This document shows positions 29,649 through 39,584 of a DNA stretch of 64,000 bases, in pieces. The notes below the pieces were generated by a model. The model saw nothing but the letters and a program-made list of their open reading frames with translations. It was not told where the DNA came from and made no database searches. This stretch comes from Eubacteriales bacterium. GTDB lineage: Bacteria; Bacillota; Clostridia; Oscillospirales; CAG-272. The translations under genes and the position numbers were made by a program. Where the stretch lies: the NCBI GenBank assembly GCA_034178705.1, contig JAXFQY010000039.1, forward strand, positions 18,623 to 82,622, written 5' to 3'. Every line of letters begins with the position of its first letter. The stretch's first letter is position 1.

Positions 29649-31746
29649 TGGTCAAACCGAAATATACATCAAAAATATCTTTTGCAACCGCCCCGAGCGG
29701 GGTTCCGCTTGCACCGTGCTCCACTACGGCAGCAACAACAATTTCCGGAACCTCCAATGGAGCAAAGGCAACAAAGGTTCCGTTGTCGCTGCGCGTTTTT
29801 GTTACCTGAGCGGTACCGGTTTTCCCGCCCATGGTAATGGGATAATCCTCAAAAATCCGCGCGGTTGATCCGTTTTCCGGGACGTTTTTCATCGCATTTT
29901 TGACAACATCCACAACTTCGCGAGAAAGGGAAAGCGTACTGATTGCCTCCGGTTTTACGGAGAAAAGTGCATTTCCGGTTGCATAGTCCACGGAGGAGTG
30001 GAGAAGATGGGCGCGATAGCGTGTTCCGCAGTTCGTCAGGCTGGAAAGGTAAACCGCAAGCTGCAGAGGCGTGAAGGTGTTGTAGGATTGCCCGATGGCG
30101 GCCTGGAGCGTATCGCCGGGCCCCCAAGAGCCGAGTCCGCTGCTTTCTACATAATCCGGTCCCGCCAGAATCCCTGTTTTCTCCGGAAGCTCGATTCCCG
30201 TCGGTTCCCCCAGTCCGAAGCCCCGGTCATAATAGTTCAGACGCTCGATCGTGAGCAATCTTCCGCATTCGAAAAAGAAAATATTGCAGGAGTTATGGAT
30301 TGCATCGACAACCGTCTGCGGTCCGTGTACCAGCCCGTAGGTGAGATAATACCAGCAACGGGGCTGATAGTCTTTGTAATACGTGTAAACGCCGTTATCC
30401 ACAATGACGGTATCGGGTGTGATAACCCCTTCGGAAAGCGCAGCGGCAGCGGTTCCGGGTTTGAAAGTAGATCCGGGAGGATAAAGCCCGTTCAGGGCGC
30501 GGTTGACAAGCGGAGCACGCTCGTCCTTGATCAAATCCTCCAGATCCTCAACATAGGTCGAAAGATCAAAGGTAGGATAGGAGGCAATTGCGAAAATTTC
30601 TCCGGTGCTCGGAGAAATGGCAACACAGGCTCCCGCATCCGCATCCTCTCCGTCAAGGGTGCCGGGCTTGGTTTTTCCCTCTTCGGCTATTTTTTCAATA
30701 TTCCGCGCAAGGGAATCCTCTGCGGCAATCTGGATATTGATGTCAATTGTGAGCCGGATATCCTGTCCTGCGACAGGCTCGGTTTTCCAGTATTTTTGGA
30801 TAATGTTTCCTTTTTCGTCTTCAACAATGACCTCAACGCCATCCGTACCGTGCAGATAGCTTTCAAAAGCTTCCTCGGCGCCGGAAATGCCCACCTTGGC
30901 ATTCAGCGGGTAGCCGAGCGCAAGATACTTTTCCTTGGTTTCTGCCGTAATATCTCCGACACGCCCGAGAATATGTGAGGCATATCCGGGGTAGTAATAA
31001 ACCCGCTGGGCGCGCTTGTCGGAAAAAATCCCGCGCTGTCCGGTTTCCGAAACCGCGGTGAGAAACCGCATGGACACGTCCTCCGCAATCAGATAGCTGT
31101 TTGTCGGAGAAAAACGGATATAATCCAGTGAAAAACGGCGCTCCAGCAGAATTTGCGTATCGTCAGCGGAGTAAAGCGCTTCTCCTGTTTCTTCCGCGAT
31201 GAGTTTATAACGCAGAAGAAGATAGGAGCGAAGCTCCGGCGCCGTAATCGACTCCGCCTGAGCCTGCCGTTCCTCCTCCGATTTCTTTTTATCTCCGTAA
31301 CCGAGTTCGATCAGGAGACGGACAAGCTTTTCCCGCTTTTTTCCGTCGGAGGCGTAGTCCTCGGTGAACACCGGAGCGTCCGCCGTGCCGGACAGCGGAT
31401 ATTCGGGTTCTGTCAATTTCTCGGATTCGCCGCAATCGGCGGCAAGATGGATTACCGTCAGAATCGTCCGGTTGAAGCCGACGGCATCCGCAGGAATCTC
31501 CCCGTAGTCAAGCAAAAGATTATAGGAATAGCGGTTTCCCACAAGCAGCACGCCGTTGCGGTCGTAAATTTCCCCGCGCTGCACCGGAACCGTTACGGTT
31601 CGGGTATAGGTTTTTTCCGAAACATAATCATAAAGATCGGCGGAAACCAATTGCAGATTGACAAGACGCGCGAAAAAAACAAGGCAGACGGCGACAGGGA
31701 GGGCGCCGAGAAAGAAATAACGGAAGGGATGCGTTCGTTTTCTCAT
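29623..31746 (-). CDS. mrdA: Penicillin-binding protein 2 (elongation-specific transpeptidase)
   Basis: 707 aa. N-terminal TM anchor, then the SxxK (STFKP), SxN (SCN) and KTG (KTGTA) motifs. It lies directly downstream of mreBCD. Confidence 0.9.
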   Translation of the reverse strand: MRKRTHPFRYFFLGALPVAVCLVFFARLVNLQLVSADLYDYVSEKTYTRTVTVPVQRGEIYDRNGVLLVGNRYSYNLLLDYGEIPADAVGFNRTILTVIHLAADCGESEKLTEPEYPLSGTADAPVFTEDYASDGKKREKLVRLLIELGYGDKKKSEEERQAQAESITAPELRSYLLLRYKLIAEETGEALYSADDTQILLERRFSLDYIRFSPTNSYLIAEDVSMRFLTAVSETGQRGIFSDKRAQRVYYYPGYASHILGRVGDITAETKEKYLALGYPLNAKVGISGAEEAFESYLHGTDGVEVIVEDEKGNIIQKYWKTEPVAGQDIRLTIDINIQIAAEDSLARNIEKIAEEGKTKPGTLDGEDADAGACVAISPSTGEIFAIASYPTFDLSTYVEDLEDLIKDERAPLVNRALNGLYPPGSTFKPGTAAAALSEGVITPDTVIVDNGVYTYYKDYQPRCWYYLTYGLVHGPQTVVDAIHNSCNIFFFECGRLLTIERLNYYDRGFGLGEPTGIELPEKTGILAGPDYVESSGLGSWGPGDTLQAAIGQSYNTFTPLQLAVYLSSLTNCGTRYRAHLLHSSVDYATGNALFSVKPEAISTLSLSREVVDVVKNAMKNVPENGSTARIFEDYPITMGGKTGTAQVTKTRSDNGTFVAFAPLEVPEIVVAAVVEHGASGTPLGAVAKDIFDVYFGLTNADEENAE

Positions 31747-31759
31747 GGTTTTCTCCGGG

Positions 31760-32290
31760 TCAGTTTTTCATACTGCGGCGCATGGCACTCCGCAGGGGGA
31801 GGAGCACCGCAAGATATAAAAGCGGGGCGGCAAGCACTGTCAGAAGGGCTTCCGGCAGCAATATATCGGAAATCGCGCGGTTCAGCGGCGTATCCGGTTG
31901 CGAAAACTGCAGCAGCACATAAGTCACGACCGGGCGGGTCAGAAAAGTTGCGGCGGCAACATAAATCATGAAGGAAAGAAAATTGCGCCGGAGCCAGAAC
32001 CGGATCAGAACCCCGCAGACATAACCGATCAGCATATAATAAAGGGGGGAAAGGGAAAGCCCGGCTGTGCCCGCGGCATCAAGAAAAAATCCCCCGAAAG
32101 CCCCGAACAGAGCGGCAATCCGCTCGTCCTCGCCCATGGCGGCGGCAATGACCGCCGGCAGCATCAGATCGGGCAGGGCTCCGGGGAAAACGCGCGGCAG
32201 CACAACCGTCTGCAGCATTACAAGAAAAAAGGAAAGAACAAAATAACGGAGAACCCGCAAAACAGCGGAGGAGCGCACGGTAAGCCTCAT
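31760..32290 (-). CDS. mreD: Rod shape-determining protein MreD
   Basis: 176-aa polytopic membrane protein. It has a 4-nt ATGA overlap with the mreC stop and occupies the conserved position. Confidence 0.8.
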   Translation of the reverse strand: MRLTVRSSAVLRVLRYFVLSFFLVMLQTVVLPRVFPGALPDLMLPAVIAAAMGEDERIAALFGAFGGFFLDAAGTAGLSLSPLYYMLIGYVCGVLIRFWLRRNFLSFMIYVAAATFLTRPVVTYVLLQFSQPDTPLNRAISDILLPEALLTVLAAPLLYLAVLLPLRSAMRRSMKN

Positions 32291-33192
32291 TCCGCTGCCT
32301 CCGTTTCCGAATGCTTCGCTTCGGAAGAGACAGATGCGGTACCGTCGGTCAGATTTTCCGCGTCGTTTTGAAAGCCGGTGATCACCATAACACGGGATAA
32401 ATCCGTAAAATCGGCAAGGGGGGCAATCTCTGCAATCAGCCCTCTGCCGTAGCTGTCCGGATAAAGAGCCCGAACTTCTCCAACGGCAAGCCCCATGGGA
32501 AAAACACTCCCGAGACCGCTGGTAACAAACCGATCCCCGATGCGGACATCCGCATTCTCATCCAGATAGGAAACCCGGCAAAGCGACCGCTCGCGCAGCT
32601 CGTAGGTTCCCTCACACAGACCGAGTGCACCGCTGCGCTCACAATAGACACCGACGGAAGAGGTATATTCCAGAATGGTCGTTGCTTTACACCAGTTCAG
32701 CCCAACCTCAGTCACCGATCCGACAATTCCGCGCGCAGTCACGACGGGCATGTTGATTTCAATACCGTTTGCGCTTCCGCAATCCAAGGTGAACACCGTC
32801 ATATAACTGCCGCTTTCACGGCCGATGATCCGTGCTTCACAGAAAGAAAAATCCGTATTTTCACGCTTCAGCCCCAGAAAAGAGCGAAGCCATTCGTTCT
32901 CCTCGCTTTTGACCTGCGCGGCATACAGCTCGTCCCCAAGCCCTTCAAGCTGTGCGCGAAGCTCGGCGTTTTCCTCTTTGACGCGGTCAAACTCGGTAAA
33001 GTATTCAACAAAACCGGCAAAGCCCTCTCCGATCCAGGAGAAAAAATTCCGTGCAGGGGAAAGCATAACGCCGATCGCGTTCCGTACGACTGTGCCCTGT
33101 CCCATAAGCGAAAGAACGGAGGGCACAATGGTCAGAATCAGGGCAACGCAAAGCAACAGAATAAAGGTCCAGGATTTGAAAAAACGGGTCAT
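32287..33192 (-). CDS. mreC: Rod shape-determining protein MreC
   Basis: The ORF is trimmed to the ATG at 33192 (MTRFFKSWTFILLLCVALIL), preceded by a ggaggag RBS. It has a coiled-coil region ENAELRAQLEGL followed by beta-barrel domains. Confidence 0.88.
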   Translation of the reverse strand: MTRFFKSWTFILLLCVALILTIVPSVLSLMGQGTVVRNAIGVMLSPARNFFSWIGEGFAGFVEYFTEFDRVKEENAELRAQLEGLGDELYAAQVKSEENEWLRSFLGLKRENTDFSFCEARIIGRESGSYMTVFTLDCGSANGIEINMPVVTARGIVGSVTEVGLNWCKATTILEYTSSVGVYCERSGALGLCEGTYELRERSLCRVSYLDENADVRIGDRFVTSGLGSVFPMGLAVGEVRALYPDSYGRGLIAEIAPLADFTDLSRVMVITGFQNDAENLTDGTASVSSEAKHSETEAAE

Positions 33193-33250
33193 GCCGCTCC
33201 TCCTTTCCGACGGGATATCCGTCAAAGGCTTCGGTAATGGCGGCGGCGCA

Positions 33251-34252
33251 TTACCTCTCTGTACGTTCCACGATTCCGAAGCGGTCACCCTGCTCAATGA
33301 TTTTCCCGAGTCCGGCGACAACCGAATCGATCGGTTGCTTGGCACAGACGGTGCGAATACCGGTTTTTTGTTCGATCAGCCGGTCCATTCCCTGCACCAA
33401 AGCGGATCCGCCGGTCAGCAGAATTCCACCCTCCCGGATGTCCGAGCAAAGCTCCGGGGAGGTCCGTTCAAAGGCGGCCCGGATGCATTCCACAATCTGC
33501 CCCGCCTGTGTGCGAAGCGCGTCGCGCAGCTCATCGCTGGAAACCATGACGCTGACAGGATGACCGCCGCTGTTGCCGTGCACCTCCATTGACTTTGTCT
33601 CTTCCATGGGGAAAACGCTGCCGATGTTTTTTTTCAGCAGCTCCGCGGTAACCTCGCCGATGACGATCCCGTGACGGCGCCGCATATATCCGCTGATGGC
33701 GCGGTCCAGATGAACTCCGCCGATGCGGATGGAGTTGGTCAGCACCGCACCGCCGAAGGAGATGACCGCAACCTCGGTAGTTCCGCCGCCGATGTTGACA
33801 ATCATTTTGCCTTTTGGTTCCTCGATTTTTAATCCGACGCCGATTGCTGCCGCAAGAGTCTCCGGAACAAGCCCGACACTTTTGGCGCCTGCGCGGGCCG
33901 CTGCCTCATAAAAGGAACGGCGCTCTGTCGGCGTTGCGCAATGCGGAACGGCCAGCAAAACCCGCGGACGGCTGAGAATCAGCGCTCCCCCTGCCTCCCG
34001 CCGGAAGAAATATTCCAGCATACCGGAAGCGACATCAAAATCCGCAATGACTCCGTTCTGGAGGGGGGAACAGGCTGTAATTCCGGAGGGGGTTTTGCCC
34101 ATCATCATTTTTGCGGCATTGCCCGCCGACCGGATCCGATTTACGCGATTATCGACCGCGACGACCGAAGGCTCGCGTACCTTCAGTCCGGCGCCCTTGA
34201 TGTATATTCTTGTGTGGGAGCTTCCCATGTCGATTCCGAACACTTTTCCCAT
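33251..34252 (-). CDS. mreB: Rod shape-determining protein MreB
   Basis: The ORF is trimmed to the ATG at 34252 (MGKVFGIDMGSSHTRIY). It has the actin-fold phosphate and adenosine motifs VNIGGGTTEVAVIS and GGILLTGGSALVQGMD. Confidence 0.92.
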   Translation of the reverse strand: MGKVFGIDMGSSHTRIYIKGAGLKVREPSVVAVDNRVNRIRSAGNAAKMMMGKTPSGITACSPLQNGVIADFDVASGMLEYFFRREAGGALILSRPRVLLAVPHCATPTERRSFYEAAARAGAKSVGLVPETLAAAIGVGLKIEEPKGKMIVNIGGGTTEVAVISFGGAVLTNSIRIGGVHLDRAISGYMRRRHGIVIGEVTAELLKKNIGSVFPMEETKSMEVHGNSGGHPVSVMVSSDELRDALRTQAGQIVECIRAAFERTSPELCSDIREGGILLTGGSALVQGMDRLIEQKTGIRTVCAKQPIDSVVAGLGKIIEQGDRFGIVERTER

Positions 34253-36161
34253 CGTTTTTCCTTTCTTTCTCCGGCTTCCGTGTGCCTGCACGCCGGACGG
34301 GGATCCCGAGATCCCTGTTTTCCCGGAAACGGTTTACCGCTTCTGCGCACTCTCCCCCGCTTTCTGTCGTAAAGAGGAAGAAGAAGTCACCGATACCGCA
34401 CTCTGTCTTTTCCCGGCATCCGCCGAGATAGGTTGGCAGACTGTTCAGAACAACATTCCGGTGTCCGGGCGCCGGAAAAACCGGGAACAGGACACCGCGC
34501 CGATCGCGCAGCGAAAACCGGACGTTCCGCGTTTCCTCCCGGCAGACAGAGCAGCCTATCGTGTCCCGCAGAATACAGCGGCTGAGTGTCATCAGCGGCA
34601 GCCTGCCATAGGCAACACAGGCAGAACGCACCGCACGGTTGAGATCCCGCGCCTGCGGCGCGGTGAGCTCCGGAGACTGTACCGTAAGCGTCACGCCGAG
34701 CGAGGATAGCACGGCAACGGTTAAATGGTTCGCGGCATTCTGCCGAAGACTGCCATATACTTCGGCGCCGCATTTTCGGGCAAGAGCAAGCGTACCGAGA
34801 CTTCCGCAGAGAACGGCTTCTGCCCCTGCGTCCAGCGCATCGCGCAGAGACCGTTCCGCTTCCTCCCGCTCGCCTTCTGTAACAACCGGAGGCAGAACCG
34901 CGCCGTCGGCTCCGAGCGGTTTTTTTCCATAGCGCCTGACGGCAGATAAGTATTCCGATGCAGGCAGAAATACCCGGACCGCTTCTTTCGGTAACGGACC
35001 GAAAGCGCGAAGCTGCTCTGCCGTGGCAAATTGCAGGTAATAACGCTCCCCGGACGGAGAGGCTGCTTTTGTCTGCGGTACTGCTCCGCCTGCGGATGCA
35101 GGCAGCTGCCGCACGGGAAACGGGACCGACTCCGCCGGGGCGGTTACAGAAATCCCGTCAGGAAGCACAAGCGCGGCGGACCGTGCTTTGTCCCACTCTG
35201 TGCGGACGCCGGTCATTTTGCTGCGACTTCCACCGGTATAATAAGCATCGGTAAAGCCGCTGCGCGAGAAACACGCCGCAAGCTGTTCTGCTTCTCCGGA
35301 GGTACAGGCCCGGCGCTCATCCAGCAGACGGCGGTAAATCGATGTTACGCCGTAAACATATTCCGGCGGCTTCATCCGGCCCTCGATTTTCAGAGAAGAA
35401 ACGCCGAGCGTAAGCAGCTCGGGGATATGCGCTGCCAGACAGTAATCTTTGAGGGAGAGCGGCGTTCCGCCGTTATAGGGGAGTCTGCAGGGCTGTGCGC
35501 ACTCCCCGCGGTTTCCGCTTCTCCCGCCGACAGCGGCGGAAAAAAGACATTGACCGGACACGGAAACGCAAAGCGCGCCGTGCAGAAAAATCTCGGTTTC
35601 CAGGCCGCATTCGGCCGTGATTTTCCGGATTTCCTGCCGCTGCAGCTCCCGGGCAAGGACCACGCGGGAGAATCCAAGCTCTCCGGCAAGCCGGGCGGAA
35701 CCGATATCGGCGATTCCCGCCTGTGTGCTGGCGTGCAGTGCAAATTCCGGAATCCGGCGGTGCAGCTCCGCGGCGGCTCCGAGGTCGGCGACGATCATGG
35801 CGTCCGCTCCGGCCTGCCAGAGAAATTCTGCATAGCGAAGCCATTCGTCCAGTTCGCGGTCAAGAACCAGCGTGTTCGCCGTGATGTTTGTTTTTACTCC
35901 GTGCGCACGGCAGAAGGAGATCGCGTAACAAAGCTCTTCCCGACTGAAATTCTGTGCTCCGGCACGCGCGGAAAAAGCCTGCCCGCCGAAATAAACGGCA
36001 TCCGCACCCGCGGCAACAGCCGCGCGCAGAGCGGCAAGCGAACCTGCCGGGGCAAGAAGCTCCGGTTTTTTCTCTTTTACTCCGTTCTCCGGCAACTCCG
36101 TCCTCCGTGTGCCGCGCGAAAGGACTTGCTTTTTCCTTTGCGGGCGGATATAATAAAGCAT
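34149..36161 (-). CDS. U32-family protein (collagenase-like peptidase / RlhA-TrhP RNA hydroxylation family)
   Basis: 670 aa. ELLAPAGSLAALRAAVAAGADAVYFGG and the conserved Cys-rich core are typical of U32. Its last 35 or so codons overlap the mreB start in another frame and read as basic low-complexity sequence. Confidence 0.85.
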   Translation of the reverse strand: MLYYIRPQRKKQVLSRGTRRTELPENGVKEKKPELLAPAGSLAALRAAVAAGADAVYFGGQAFSARAGAQNFSREELCYAISFCRAHGVKTNITANTLVLDRELDEWLRYAEFLWQAGADAMIVADLGAAAELHRRIPEFALHASTQAGIADIGSARLAGELGFSRVVLARELQRQEIRKITAECGLETEIFLHGALCVSVSGQCLFSAAVGGRSGNRGECAQPCRLPYNGGTPLSLKDYCLAAHIPELLTLGVSSLKIEGRMKPPEYVYGVTSIYRRLLDERRACTSGEAEQLAACFSRSGFTDAYYTGGSRSKMTGVRTEWDKARSAALVLPDGISVTAPAESVPFPVRQLPASAGGAVPQTKAASPSGERYYLQFATAEQLRAFGPLPKEAVRVFLPASEYLSAVRRYGKKPLGADGAVLPPVVTEGEREEAERSLRDALDAGAEAVLCGSLGTLALARKCGAEVYGSLRQNAANHLTVAVLSSLGVTLTVQSPELTAPQARDLNRAVRSACVAYGRLPLMTLSRCILRDTIGCSVCREETRNVRFSLRDRRGVLFPVFPAPGHRNVVLNSLPTYLGGCREKTECGIGDFFFLFTTESGGECAEAVNRFRENRDLGIPVRRAGTRKPEKERKNDGKSVRNRHGKLPHKNIHQGRRTEGTRAFGRRGR

Positions 36162-36306
36162 ACGGGATCTGCTGAAAAAATCAAATTGCGACTATTTTCT
36201 CTATTATACAACATGAAATACGAAATGGAAAGAGAAAAAGCAAATTTTCTTCTATTTTCCATGTTCCACGTAAAGCTGGCCGGGAGACCCCGGGAAAGGA
36301 AGCAAG

Positions 36307-37476
36307 ATGAGGGAGATCATTCTTTGCAAATACGGCGAAATCATTCTGAAGGGGACCAACCGACCTCACTTTGAAGCATTGATGACACGGGAGCTGAAGC
36401 GCCGCGCGGAACGCCACGGAGGCTTTTCGGTCAAGGCGTCCCAATCAACTGTCTTTATCGAGCCGAAATCGGACGAGGCGGATCTTGATGGGATGTTTCG
36501 CTCGGTGCTGACCGTTTTCGGCATTGTTGCCGCGGTTCGTGCCGTCGTTTGCGAAAAAAAACCGGAAGCAATCCGCGCTGCTGCGTGTGATTACCTCCGG
36601 GATGAGCTTGATAACGTACACACCTTCAAGGTGGAAGCAAAGCGCTCCGACAAGCGCTATCCGATGAAAAGTCCGGAGATCAGTGCCGATGTGGGAGGAG
36701 CCGTTCTTTGCGCGCATCCCCATCTGCGGGTGGATCTCTGCAATCCTGAGCTGACCGTTCGCGTTGAGATCCGTGAAAACTACGCCTATGTTCACGGCGA
36801 TCAGGTCAAGGCGGCCGGCGGCATTCCGGTCGGCTCCAGCGGCAGAGGGCTTCTCCTGCTCTCCGGAGGCATTGACAGTCCGGTGGCCGGTTATATGATG
36901 GCAAAGCGCGGGATGTCCGTCAGGCTTCTTCATTTTGACAGCTTCCCTTACACCAGCGAGCGCGCAAGAGAAAAGGTGCTTGAGCTTGCCCGCATTCTTT
37001 CTCCCTATACCTGTGTCCGTCAGGTCTGCGTTGTTTCCCTGACAAAGATTCAGGAAACCATCCGCGATGTCTGTGACGAGGATTATTTTACCCTTCTCCT
37101 CCGCCGTTTCATGATGCGGATCGCCGGGCTTGTTGCGCAGGAGGAATCCTGCGGCGCAATCATCACCGGAGAAAGCCTCGGTCAGGTGGCAAGCCAGACC
37201 ACGGAAGCGATTACCGTTACCAACCAGATGGTCAGCCTTCCTGTTTTTCGCCCCTGCATTGGACTGGATAAAGAAGAGATTGTGACGATTGCCCGGAAAA
37301 TCGGCACCTTTGACACCTCTATCGAGCCTTACGAGGACTGTTGTACCGTGTTCACGCCGCGTCACCCCCGCACCCGCCCGGAGCTTGTTAAGCTTCTGCG
37401 CGAGGAGAGCAAGCTCGACTTTGAACGGCTTGCGCGTGAGGCGTTTGACCGGCGGGAATGGATCAAGCTGTTCTGA
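36307..37476 (+). CDS. thiI: tRNA 4-thiouridine(8) synthase ThiI
   Basis: 389 aa. It has the N-terminal ferredoxin-like/THUMP region MREIILCKYGEIILKGTNRPHFE and the PP-loop LLLSGGIDSPVAGYMM. Confidence 0.92.
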   Translation: MREIILCKYGEIILKGTNRPHFEALMTRELKRRAERHGGFSVKASQSTVFIEPKSDEADLDGMFRSVLTVFGIVAAVRAVVCEKKPEAIRAAACDYLRDELDNVHTFKVEAKRSDKRYPMKSPEISADVGGAVLCAHPHLRVDLCNPELTVRVEIRENYAYVHGDQVKAAGGIPVGSSGRGLLLLSGGIDSPVAGYMMAKRGMSVRLLHFDSFPYTSERAREKVLELARILSPYTCVRQVCVVSLTKIQETIRDVCDEDYFTLLLRRFMMRIAGLVAQEESCGAIITGESLGQVASQTTEAITVTNQMVSLPVFRPCIGLDKEEIVTIARKIGTFDTSIEPYEDCCTVFTPRHPRTRPELVKLLREESKLDFERLAREAFDRREWIKLF

Positions 37477-37482
37477 CTTTTT

Positions 37483-37509
37483 CCCCGCTTCTCCCCCAGA
37501 GAAGCGGGG
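37483..37509 (+). terminator. Terminator hairpin between the convergent thiI and ACP genes
   Basis: ccccgcttctc (37483-37493), a 5-nt loop, then gagaagcgggg (37499-37509), followed by ttattttgt on the plus strand. Confidence 0.65.
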
Positions 37510-37752
37510 TTATTTTGTACAGCGAGAAAGGATGATATCAACCATTTCTCCGACGCATTTCATCGTGGATATTTCACCCATTTTGAATTTCATGCCGAAG
37601 CGACGCTCAACCGCGTGGATGATGTTGATATGCTCCAGACTGTCCCATCCGTCAATATCCTTTGCGGTGGTCTCCGGAAAAAGCGTGATTTTTTCATCGA
37701 AAATATCTGAAAAAATTTTGTTCAGTTCTACATATACATTTTCTCTTGTCAT
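37510..37752 (-). CDS. Acyl/peptidyl carrier protein (DltC-like stand-alone carrier)
   Basis: 80 aa. The phosphopantetheine attachment motif DGWDSLEHINIIHAVE contains the DSL serine. It is the last gene of the MBOAT-DHHW-FkbH operon. Confidence 0.8.
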   Translation of the reverse strand: MTRENVYVELNKIFSDIFDEKITLFPETTAKDIDGWDSLEHINIIHAVERRFGMKFKMGEISTMKCVGEMVDIILSRCTK

Positions 37753-37777
37753 CGGAATCGTTCCTTTCTTTTACTCT

Positions 37778-39562
37778 TCAATCGAACTTTGCCCGCTTGA
37801 TTTCACATGGCAGCGGAGCGGCATCGGAGGCGATTTGCCAAAGTGTATTTCCCTGTTCATCTTCCGAGAGTTTTTCAAAACCGAGCTCACCGAGCAGATT
37901 CCGTACCATTCCGTTTTTTGCCGTAGGATAATAATGCCCGCGCAGAATGCGCACGCCCTGTTTTTTTGCGGTTTCGAGCAAAACATTGCGCATAAGCTGT
38001 TCCATTCCGCGTTTCAGAACACGGCAGCTCATGATCCACAGCAGAATATCTGCCGTATCCCCCTCTTTTTTCGCAATGATCACCGAAACAACCCCGTTAT
38101 CCCCGAAGCGGTCGGAGAGCTTTCCGCATATCCGGATATAATCGGGGCTTGCGGCAAGTGCTGTGATTTCTGCTTCCGTATAGCGGCGGGTGGTGAGGTT
38201 GAACTGATTGCTTTTGTTTGCGAGCTGTGCAATGCGTTTCAGGTATATTTCCGGGAAATCGCCGATCTGTGCAACCATATCGAGGCTGCGCAGATACTCC
38301 CCGTAATCGGAGAAGGCGTGCTCGAGTTTGGTTCTTTGCGCGTTTTCACGGTACATGGCGTTTCGCGCCATATCCTCTTTTGAGAGGGAGAGCGGCTCAA
38401 AATAACCGCCGCGGTCGATGATCCTGATGTAGTCATTGGGATCGGTCAACTCCGGAACGGCTGCTCCGCGGATGTTTTCCCGTACGATATGCCGTTCCGC
38501 GGGATTGTCGTCCGCGAAGACGATGCAGTCCGGCAGGAGAGAAAGTGACGCAACCGTTTCGAGAAGATTGACGTCCTTGCGCTCCCAGTTGGCCTTGATT
38601 ACGGCAAAATCCTCCGGGCGAAGGACCCCGTCCGGATGCCGGAGCCCGTCAAGCGCGTTTTCCTCGTCGTTTTTGGAGGCGACCGTAAGTACGACCCCGG
38701 TCATTGACAGGTCTTTTATGTAGCGCTGAAACTCCCGGAAGGCCTCTCCGGTTGCGGTTTCCTCCCCGATTTCCAGGCCCGCCTGTCCGACGTCTCCGAC
38801 GACACCGCCCCAGAGGGTGTTATCACAGTCGAGCGCAAGAAGCTTTTTGTTTTTTCCGCAGATCGCCTTGATGAGGGAGGCGACGCTGTGACAGAGCATC
38901 GGAACGCAGGGCGTTGCGGGACTTTGCTTATAAAGATACCATTCTTTCGGATCGTCCCATGCGTCCAGTCCGCAGACCGCGGAAAGATACGCGATATCCT
39001 GAATATGAAAGGCGCTTCGGGAGAGGGCGGTCTTCGCAAAGCGGGCATTCAGACGGTTGATGAAATTGACGCGCCCGCGAAAGTCGACCGCGTCGAGATT
39101 CCCGAGCAGACGGAAAGAGGGCAGCTCGAAGTTGTTCTGGAGAATTTCGCAGTGATAGCGCTCGGAGAGGGCGTCCCAAAGCGCCTGATAGCGACCGAAT
39201 TCCTGCTCAAGCTTTTTGTCGGCGGAATCCCGGTCGTCGGAGAGCTCCGGTAGCGAGGACAGATTGCGGTTGCAGGTATGAAGGTAAACAATTTCCGGTG
39301 CAAACGCATCCAGCTCCGGCGTGCCGAACATTCCGTCCTGCCAGAAGCGGTTATATTCGGATTCGTAAAATTCCGGCTCTACGCCGGCGTCAAGCAGAAA
39401 AAGCTCCAGTATTGGACGGATTATCCCGGTTGTTGCGCCGCCAAGGAGGGCAATGCGTTTTTTTGTGCGCGCGGAGCCGTCCGAAAGCAGCTCCTTTTTC
39501 AGCTTTCGCCTGTTCTGCAGAATGAATTCCGCGTCAAATGGGTAAGAAAGCGCTTCCAGCAT
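37778..39562 (-). CDS. FkbH-like HAD-IIIC family protein (candidate carrier-protein loading enzyme)
   Basis: 594 aa. It has the HAD motif I LALDCDNTLWGGVVGD, a HAD core (VASKNDE, FADDNP), and a C-terminal GNAT-like region with the FkbH-type IMSCRVLKRG cysteine motif. Confidence 0.85.
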   Translation of the reverse strand: MLEALSYPFDAEFILQNRRKLKKELLSDGSARTKKRIALLGGATTGIIRPILELFLLDAGVEPEFYESEYNRFWQDGMFGTPELDAFAPEIVYLHTCNRNLSSLPELSDDRDSADKKLEQEFGRYQALWDALSERYHCEILQNNFELPSFRLLGNLDAVDFRGRVNFINRLNARFAKTALSRSAFHIQDIAYLSAVCGLDAWDDPKEWYLYKQSPATPCVPMLCHSVASLIKAICGKNKKLLALDCDNTLWGGVVGDVGQAGLEIGEETATGEAFREFQRYIKDLSMTGVVLTVASKNDEENALDGLRHPDGVLRPEDFAVIKANWERKDVNLLETVASLSLLPDCIVFADDNPAERHIVRENIRGAAVPELTDPNDYIRIIDRGGYFEPLSLSKEDMARNAMYRENAQRTKLEHAFSDYGEYLRSLDMVAQIGDFPEIYLKRIAQLANKSNQFNLTTRRYTEAEITALAASPDYIRICGKLSDRFGDNGVVSVIIAKKEGDTADILLWIMSCRVLKRGMEQLMRNVLLETAKKQGVRILRGHYYPTAKNGMVRNLLGELGFEKLSEDEQGNTLWQIASDAAPLPCEIKRAKFD

Positions 39563-39584
39563 AACAGCCTCCGTTCCTGGTCTT

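Noticed and set aside
36262-36277. A parS-like sequence, TGTTCCACGTAAAGCT, in the U32-thiI divergent spacer.
   Set aside because: It has four mismatches to TGTTTCACGTGAAACA and the palindrome is broken. This is within chance expectation.
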